DNA from: Caedimonas varicaedens
Lineage (GTDB): Bacteria; Pseudomonadota; Alphaproteobacteria; Caedimonadales; Caedimonadaceae
Direction of reading: 5' to 3'
NCBI GenBank assembly: GCA_001192655.1
Contig: BBVC01000061.1
Span: forward strand, 1-18,125
DNA length: 18,125 nt
This document shows positions 1 through 5,011 of the stretch, piece after piece (position 1 is the first letter of the stretch; every line of letters starts with the position of its first letter). The position numbers and the translations under genes are program-made. Below the pieces are notes generated by a model. The model was not told the DNA's origin. It ran no database searches and saw only the letters and a list, made by a program, of their open reading frames with translations.

Positions 1-41
1 ACAGATAAAACACGAAGTCTAAAATCTAATGAATAGGTCAT
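1..41 (-). mobile_element. Possible 5' end of an IS630/Tc1-mariner-like transposase ORF running off the left edge of the window
   Basis: A minus-strand ATG at 41..39 stays open to position 1 and reads MTYSLDFRLRVLS. The xYSLDxRxRV opening is what I know from IS630-family transposase N-termini. Only 13 codons are visible, so this is weak. Confidence 0.3.
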
Positions 42-90
42 GGAATAATCCTCTTAAAAATTATCCATAATATAACCATTTTAAAGGTTT

Positions 91-306
91 TTAGCTATAG
101 AATCCAATATAGGGGTAACATCCCTCCGCAGGACTTTCAATTTTTCTATTTCCTTCCTGAACGCGGTTAAAAGCTTCCCGAATGCTTTTGACGCTGTGAT
201 TATAAAGTTTTTTTAAATGTTCAATGGCATCAGAGGCCGAAGAGAACTCTTGAACAAAGCGAATATAGGTCTCGCCTTCCTGCAGATCATACGATACTTT
301 TTGCAT
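91..306 (-). pseudogene. 71-aa stub resembling the N-terminus of AMP nucleosidase, apparently truncated
   Basis: ORF track 91..306(-). SDAIEHLKKLYNHSVKSIREAF...CYPYIG aligns by eye with the E. coli Amn N-terminus (AQALDKLDALYEQSVVALRNAI...FVYPSL). Full-length Amn is several hundred aa. Here the frame stops after 71 codons, about 50 nt from the putative IS630-like ORF start. Confidence 0.4.
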
Positions 307-437
307 CCCTTTTCCTTTTGCTTTCCGATTTTTATTTTTAATTTAATATCATAACTGATTCTTATGATAAACTTTAATAAAAGTGTTGCATTCCAGCACT
401 ACTTTATCTGAACAGAAGGAATAAGAACGTCACCATC

Positions 438-466
438 TTGACAATGAAGTCGACCATTTTTAACCT
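438..466 (+). promoter_or_regulatory. Candidate sigma70-type promoter for the lipoprotein gene
   Basis: TTGACA at 438..443, a 17-nt spacer, then TAACCT at 461..466 (3/6 match to TATAAT), about 40 nt upstream of the ATG at 505. This is a motif match only. Confidence 0.3.
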
Positions 467-504
467 TACCTGGTGAATACATTATTGAAAAGGAATCATT
501 ATCA

Positions 505-765
505 ATGAAAATAACCCCTCTTTTAACTCTGGTTGCCCTGTTGAATCTTGCGGGATGTGAGTGTATGAAGCCCAACGACCCGAACTGGGATCGTGAGTGT
601 CAGAGAAATTACAGTGAAAACTCCTATGAACTTGCGGCATGTAAGGAAAAAATCGAAAAAAACAAAGATTTCCGTAATGAGGCTGGAACAATCGGCATTG
701 TCCCTGACAATGTCAATCGTCCTGCAACAGATCAACTCCGTAAAGATCACAACGTCGGAAATTAA
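505..765 (+). CDS. Small Cys-rich lipoprotein (86 aa)
   Basis: The N-terminus MKITPLLTLVALLNLAG|C has a classical lipobox (L-A-G-C). The mature part carries further Cys residues (CEC...C...C). A strong intrinsic terminator follows. Confidence 0.65.
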   Translation: MKITPLLTLVALLNLAGCECMKPNDPNWDRECQRNYSENSYELAACKEKIEKNKDFRNEAGTIGIVPDNVNRPATDQLRKDHNVGN

Positions 766-788
766 AAACGCTCTTTATCAAATATCTG

Positions 789-817
789 GAAGGGCAATAT
801 TTGCCCTTCTTTTTTTA
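789..817 (+). terminator. Rho-independent terminator after the lipoprotein gene
   Basis: GAAGGGCAA (789..797), loop TAT, TTGCCCTTC (801..809) form a perfect 9-bp stem, followed directly by a T-run (810..816). Confidence 0.75.
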
Positions 818-841
818 ATCTTTGTACATAAATGAAAAGAG

Positions 842-1768
842 ATGATGACGTTAAAATTAATCAAAAGTCTGTTGATAGGAGCAATTTTGACATTCAATAC
901 AATATCTGTACAAGGAAAAATTATGATCGCTCATAATATGTGCGAGGTTCAAGCTCAAGTTAATAAAGCTCTCAAAAAAAATAGACCTGAAGATATTCTG
1001 GTCGCTTTTGACATTGATATGGTTTTGACACAGCCTGATCATCCTGCCGTTTATTATCCCACCCTTATGAAATATGCAAAGGTCTATAAAAAAATCCTAG
1101 GCTCTCTTTCAGCTGAACAAAAAGATTTTGCGAATACACTTACCACTCAAAATTATCCTCAAAAATTTGTCGAAGAAGAAACTCCAGAAGTCGTTAAAAG
1201 GATTGAGGAAAAGGGTATAAAAGTGATCGCCTTTACAGCAACATTAACGGGGAAATTCAATAATACCAAAGATAAAATTATTGCTCTCAGAAGAGATGGC
1301 CTTCAAAAAAAAGGGCTGGATTTTACAAAATCTTTCAAGGAGTCAGCCCCTGTTATCTCTTTTACAGAGTTTCCTGCATATGCGAACTCATATCCTATGT
1401 TTGACCGGGGTATTCTGTCGTCTAATGGAGAAGGATTTACAACGAAGGGGCAGGTTTTATGTTCTTTTCTACAACATGTTGGCCTTAAACACAGACAACA
1501 AACAGGCAGTCCTGGTTATTTTCCCAAAGTTATCTTTTTAATTGATGACAGAAAGAAAAACCTTGAGGATGTAGAAATAGCTCTTAAATCCTGTAATGAT
1601 TCCATTGAATTTGTAGGACTTGAATATCAGGGCGCCTTTTCTTACGCACCTCAGGATATTTCAGAAGAAGACTTTGAAAAATTTTGGACAGCTTTGGCTG
1701 AAAAATCTCAATCTGCCTTTGATTCTTCACATCAAATTTTGACAGGTTACCAAAGAAATGCACGATAA
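842..1768 (+). CDS. Exported HAD-superfamily-like hydrolase (possibly DUF2608-type), function unknown
   Basis: Signal-peptide-like N-terminus MMTLKLIKSLLIGAILTFNTISVQG. HAD motif I is LVAFDIDMVLT (DxDxV). A motif II-like IAFTAT, a later Lys and a motif IV-like FLIDDRKKNLEDV are also present. The family assignment is from motifs only. Confidence 0.6.
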   Translation: MMTLKLIKSLLIGAILTFNTISVQGKIMIAHNMCEVQAQVNKALKKNRPEDILVAFDIDMVLTQPDHPAVYYPTLMKYAKVYKKILGSLSAEQKDFANTLTTQNYPQKFVEEETPEVVKRIEEKGIKVIAFTATLTGKFNNTKDKIIALRRDGLQKKGLDFTKSFKESAPVISFTEFPAYANSYPMFDRGILSSNGEGFTTKGQVLCSFLQHVGLKHRQQTGSPGYFPKVIFLIDDRKKNLEDVEIALKSCNDSIEFVGLEYQGAFSYAPQDISEEDFEKFWTALAEKSQSAFDSSHQILTGYQRNAR

Positions 1769-2183
1769 TCCTGAACGGAATACTCTGTCTCCTAATTTTT
1801 GCCATAGCGGATTCAAACGCGCTCATGAGCTTGATAATGAAGCCAAAGAGCTTGGCTTTTATTGGCTTCATGCCGAGCAGATCCTCACTCAGATTTCCTC
1901 GGAAACACAGGAAATACGACAAGCCCTTGAGCAAAAAGAATCTTTGGAAAGAGTTACAGAGGAAATCGGAGATCTTCTGCACAGCGTGATGGGACTTTGC
2001 TATTTTCTCAATTTAAGCCCTGAAGCTATTCTCGAAAGTAGTTTGAATAAATTTGAAAAGCGTTTTAGTATAGTGAAAGAATTAATGACTGCCCAAGGAT
2101 TAAAAACCCTCAAGGGGAAAACCCATGAAGCCTTAGCTCTGTGGGAAGAAGCAAAAAAAGCTGGTGCCGCCGGAGAGGATTGA
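1758..2183 (+). CDS. MazG-family nucleoside triphosphate pyrophosphohydrolase (single MazG domain)
   Basis: ELGFYW...ETQEIRQALE...EEIGDLLHSV...NKFEKRF...LWEEAKK matches the MazG pattern (GFDW, EExGDLLF, KFxxRF, WeeaK). The start overlaps the stop of the upstream ORF (ATGCACGATAA). The last 22 nt overlap the tRNA-Thr gene on the opposite strand. Confidence 0.8.
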   Translation: MHDNPERNTLSPNFCHSGFKRAHELDNEAKELGFYWLHAEQILTQISSETQEIRQALEQKESLERVTEEIGDLLHSVMGLCYFLNLSPEAILESSLNKFEKRFSIVKELMTAQGLKTLKGKTHEALALWEEAKKAGAAGED

Positions 2184-2236
2184 ACTCTCGGCCTCACCCT
2201 TACCAAGGGTGTGCTCTACCACTGAGCTACGACGGC
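2162..2236 (-). tRNA. tRNA-Thr (anticodon GGU), CCA encoded
   Basis: The reverse complement folds by hand into a cloverleaf. Acceptor GCCGTCG/CGGCGGC (one G-U pair), D arm GCTC-AGTGGTA-GAGC, anticodon arm CACCC-TTGGTAA-GGGTG, variable loop AGGCC, T arm GAGAG-TTCAATC-CTCTC, then A-CCA. Total 75 nt. Confidence 0.95.
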
Positions 2237-2291
2237 AGACAAATTAAGTGTTAGATTTATACGAAGGCTTATCAAGATTCAAGGTTCAAAA

Positions 2292-2444
2292 ATGGCAGAT
2301 TTGAAAAAAAACCTCAAACTCATAAAAATGCAGCGCCGCGCCCAAGCCCTGCGGGAAAACTTGAGAAAAAGGAAAGCTCAGAAAATGGTGCGTGAGGAAT
2401 CCAAAAACGAAGATACTTCCGACGAAACAGACAATAGCAAATGA
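2292..2444 (+). CDS. Small basic protein (50 aa), conserved-hypothetical type
   Basis: ATG at 2292 to TGA ending at 2444, below the ORF-track cutoff: MADLKKNLKLIKMQRRAQALRENLRKRKAQKMVREESKNEDTSDETDNSK. The AxALRENLRxRKAQ core resembles small conserved proteins I recall from other alphaproteobacteria. It ends 1 nt before the DUF167 start. Confidence 0.5.
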   Translation: MADLKKNLKLIKMQRRAQALRENLRKRKAQKMVREESKNEDTSDETDNSK

Positions 2445-2445
2445 T

Positions 2446-2728
2446 ATGGCGTCAGCTCCTTTTAGTCTCGCTTCACATGGGTTTTATCTTGCTATTTACC
2501 TAACGCCTCATTCAAAACGAAACGCCCTGGGACCTCTTTATTACCGATCCTTCAGGCAAAACTTATCTTCGTGCTTTTGTGACGGCTGTGCCCGAAGATG
2601 GTAAGGCAAACCAGATATTAATCAAGCTTGTCGCCAAGACTATGAAGCTTCTCAAGTCTTCTGTCATGATCGTATCAGGGCACGCCGGTCGTCGTAAGAT
2701 GTTGGAAATTCAAGGTACAACAGATTGA
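2446..2728 (+). pseudogene. DUF167 (YggU-family) gene interrupted by a +1 frameshift
   Basis: The frame from ATG 2446 gives MASAPFSLASHGFYLAIYLTPHSKRNALGPL and then runs into nonsense and a stop at 2604. The next frame gives ITDPSGKTYLRAFVTAVPEDGKANQILIKLVAKTMKLLKSSVMIVSGHAGRRKMLEIQG up to the TGA at 2726..2728. Together these match the DUF167 pattern (xPxAxRN...lkvxvtApPxDGKAN...ksxvxivxGxxsRxK). Removing one T from the TTT at 2537..2539 restores a 93-aa ORF. Confidence 0.75.
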
Positions 2729-2773
2729 TCTGGAAAAGATTAAAAATTTCATTTTTCCTATACTCAAAGGATT

Positions 2774-3100
2774 TTAAAATGTGTACAGGCGGATGAGTGG
2801 TGAGTCTTCACGCAGCGTACATAAAGTACGTAAGCAGGGGCGAATCCCGAAGTCCAACGACCCCAGATTTTGAAAGGCACAGGGTATGAAGGCGGAAGCC
2901 TCAGATGCGGAAACCATCTGACAATATGTTTTGCAACACTGCCGAATAGAGCGCTTATAGCTCACGGATAAGGGCTCTTCAGACTTCACGATCCTCCATA
3001 CCGTCGGAATGGATATACCTGTACGGCGGCTTACTCCTTTGATATTTTCACACTGGCGATATAACCCCCTGATCTTCCTTCGGCTTTCCATAATCAACAT
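2774..3100 (-). mobile_element. Remnant of an IS transposase N-terminal helix-turn-helix (IS21 IstA-like by eye, family unresolved)
   Basis: ESRRKIRGLYRQCENIKGVSRRTGISIPTVWRIVKSEEPLSVSYKR fits the ExRRxIxxLxxxGxSIxxIaRxxGISRxTVxxxlxxxxP...YxR opening of IstA-like transposases. The remaining ~55 codons have no recognisable transposase core (no DDE region), so this is a truncated or decayed copy. Confidence 0.45.
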
Positions 3101-3222
3101 CTCCCCATTTATCTCCTACCTTCTTAATCATCAGCAGAAGTATAATTTGACAAAAATGGATTAACACCAGAGGCGGAATTTATACCTAAAAGGGGGTAAA
3201 ATTTTCAACGCGAATTAAAAAC

Positions 3223-3253
3223 TTGACAGATCTTCCTCAATATGATCTATATA
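3223..3253 (+). promoter_or_regulatory. Candidate promoter for the OTU-like gene
   Basis: Perfect TTGACA at 3223..3228, followed by TCTATA (17-nt spacer) or TATATA (19-nt spacer) around 3246..3253. If used, transcription starts downstream of the first in-frame ATG (3242), which favours ATG 3284 or 3302 as the true start. Confidence 0.35.
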
Positions 3254-3301
3254 AAATATTGTTTATTAAATTCTCATTATAATATGTTAACCTTCTTGAC
3301 A

Positions 3302-4771
3302 ATGTTAAACTCACGTTTTTTATTCGCTTTATTAACTTTTTGTTTTATGCAGCCTCCTGCTTTTGCTTCAAATAGTAAAGATGAGGAAGAAATAGTCGCT
3401 CGTTTCAAGTGTTCTGATAAAGGAGATTTGATAGGAGATGATTACTTTATACGCCGCGAGTTCTATATGACAGGTGACGGTAATTGTTCCTTATACTCTA
3501 TGGGTACAACTTATGCAGAAGCTCACCATCTTTTTCTTGAAAATTCCAATAATCCAATTATTCGTGATTTAGCCCATCAGGAAATTGTGGATGAATTTGA
3601 TAATTTGCACCCTCAAATGAAAAGCAAAGAAAATTATATTGATTTAAAAGATGCTTTGGCAAATATTCACGAGATACTGTCTTATATTCTGATTGATGCT
3701 GTTGAGTATAGGCAGGAGGTGCTTGCTGAGGAAGAGCAAGCAAGGCAAAACATTATCGCTTATGCAAAATTAGAAGAAACCTACAGGGATTATGTAAATT
3801 ACGTACTCATCGATGGGCGTAATATGCTCTTCCGACAAGATGTAGGAAATCATCAAGGTACCTATTTTATTGATGCTCTCGCTTACATTCTCAATAAAAA
3901 CTTAATTATCTGGTCACAAGTTGATGTTATGACCCAACAAATTCTTGCAACCCGCCCGCTTGAGATGGAGTATGATACTCTACTGGTGCGCTCTCATGAG
4001 TATAGGAAAGAGGGAGCCAATGAAACTCTAGAGATTATTCATCGAGGTAACCATTTCAATCGTCTTGTGCGAACAGATAATCAATCGGAATTAGAAAAAG
4101 CTGTGGAAGATGAACGCACTTCTATTGGCTGGCAACTCCAGAAATTTACAGAAGAAAAGTCGCAACTTCAAGCGTTTCTAATAGCATCTGCCAACGAGGA
4201 AGATATCGCTCAATGTTATGATGCATTTATTTTGCCGTTCATCAAAGAACTTGCTTTAAAGGGTATAGTTGATGGCTATTACGCCAAAGCGCCTAATTGG
4301 TCATCTTATGCTGCCTTAAAAAAGGCATTAAAAAGTGAGGCGGGTGTGAATTTTCAGGATCCGGTTAGTCTATTGCGTAGATATCTTCCTGCTGCTGCGA
4401 ATCCTCTCTTTGTCCAATTAGAACCTAAGGCTGGGAAGGAAGAGGCTGAGTGTCAACGTATAGCAGTCCAACAACAGCGTGAGACAGAGGAACAACGTCA
4501 AGCCCGAGCTCAACAGGCAAGACAAATGCTCGCAGAATCAGATCTAGCTCAATTTTATAATGGTTTTGCTATTCCAATCATGAGAGATCTGGTACAACAG
4601 GGTAGATTACATGCGTATTACATAACTGCCCCTGGTTGGTTATCTTATGAAGCATTAAGAGTTACATTCCCAGGTGCCGATTTTAGTGATCCAGTTGTTT
4701 TCTTCCGCAATACCGCCAATCGTCATATTGTTGCGGTCGCTCTCGAGGAGGCACTTTACAACGCCAATTAA
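3302..4771 (+). CDS. OTU-family cysteine protease-like protein with N-terminal signal peptide and a duplicated C-terminal module
   Basis: The longest ORF is 3242..4771, and alternative ATGs lie at 3284 and 3302. From 3302 the N-terminus MLNSRFLFALLTFCFMQPPAFA|SNS looks like a Sec signal peptide. OTU motifs are the Cys loop TGDGNCSLYS (Cys codon 3485..3487), a central GTYFIDALAYILNKNLIIW, and the His loop LEIIHRGNHFNRL (His codon 4052..4054). Two ~60-aa repeats lie at 4202..4384 and 4541..4714. Confidence 0.75.
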   Translation: MLNSRFLFALLTFCFMQPPAFASNSKDEEEIVARFKCSDKGDLIGDDYFIRREFYMTGDGNCSLYSMGTTYAEAHHLFLENSNNPIIRDLAHQEIVDEFDNLHPQMKSKENYIDLKDALANIHEILSYILIDAVEYRQEVLAEEEQARQNIIAYAKLEETYRDYVNYVLIDGRNMLFRQDVGNHQGTYFIDALAYILNKNLIIWSQVDVMTQQILATRPLEMEYDTLLVRSHEYRKEGANETLEIIHRGNHFNRLVRTDNQSELEKAVEDERTSIGWQLQKFTEEKSQLQAFLIASANEEDIAQCYDAFILPFIKELALKGIVDGYYAKAPNWSSYAALKKALKSEAGVNFQDPVSLLRRYLPAAANPLFVQLEPKAGKEEAECQRIAVQQQRETEEQRQARAQQARQMLAESDLAQFYNGFAIPIMRDLVQQGRLHAYYITAPGWLSYEALRVTFPGADFSDPVVFFRNTANRHIVAVALEEALYNAN

Positions 4772-5011
4772 CAACTTTGGGAGACAAACACGTCTGCGGG
4801 CGTCAAGCAGCTCAGCTTTCAATGCTCGGTCGAAGGGTGCGAGGCCAAACTGATCACCCATAATTTCAGTCTTTATTCAGGAAGTCTTCAAGAGGCACGC
4901 TTTCGCCTTTACCCCTATGAGCTGCATACTCATCCGCGGAAAAATTTCAAATCCAGACGATCGTGATATTTTTTGGATATAGGATCGACAAGTTTAAGAG
5001 GAATATTTATT

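Noticed and set aside
347-369. Perfect 8-bp inverted repeat TATCATAA-n7-TTATGATA in the divergent intergenic region
   Set aside because: It could be an operator. However, it is short, entirely AT-rich in an AT-rich spacer, and has no second copy in the window, so chance is an adequate explanation.
482-835. ORFs 482..691(-), 523..750(-) and 593..835(+) overlapping the lipoprotein gene
   Set aside because: They are alternative-frame or antisense shadows of the 505..765 ORF. That ORF has a lipobox and a terminator, while these have no motifs, RBS or signal features.
857-1982. ORFs 857..1042(-), 1281..1541(+) and 1584..1982(-, 132 aa)
   Set aside because: They lie inside or antisense to the HAD-like and MazG genes, which carry clear family motifs. 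These shadow ORFs have low-complexity, motif-free translations.
2392-2445. Upstream extension of ORF 2392..2604
   Set aside because: The extension overlaps the 50-aa ORF in another frame. The DUF167-like sequence begins at the internal ATG 2446, and the rest of this ORF is explained by the frameshift.
2780-2925. Possible group II intron 5' end or other structured ncRNA (starts GTGTACAGG, several hairpins)
   Set aside because: There is no GUGYG-type consensus, no domain V-like hairpin, no reverse-transcriptase ORF and no RNase P, tmRNA or SRP motifs. It more likely belongs to the decayed IS remnant. Only an Rfam scan could revive this idea.
3558-3743. ORF 3558..3743(-) inside the OTU gene
   Set aside because: Antisense shadow ORF with no features.
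4655-4861. 68-aa ORF 4655..4861(-)
   Set aside because: Its C-terminal two-thirds are antisense to the OTU gene 3' end. Only the first ~30 codons lie in the spacer, and those are treated as part of the GC-rich remnant finding rather than as a gene.
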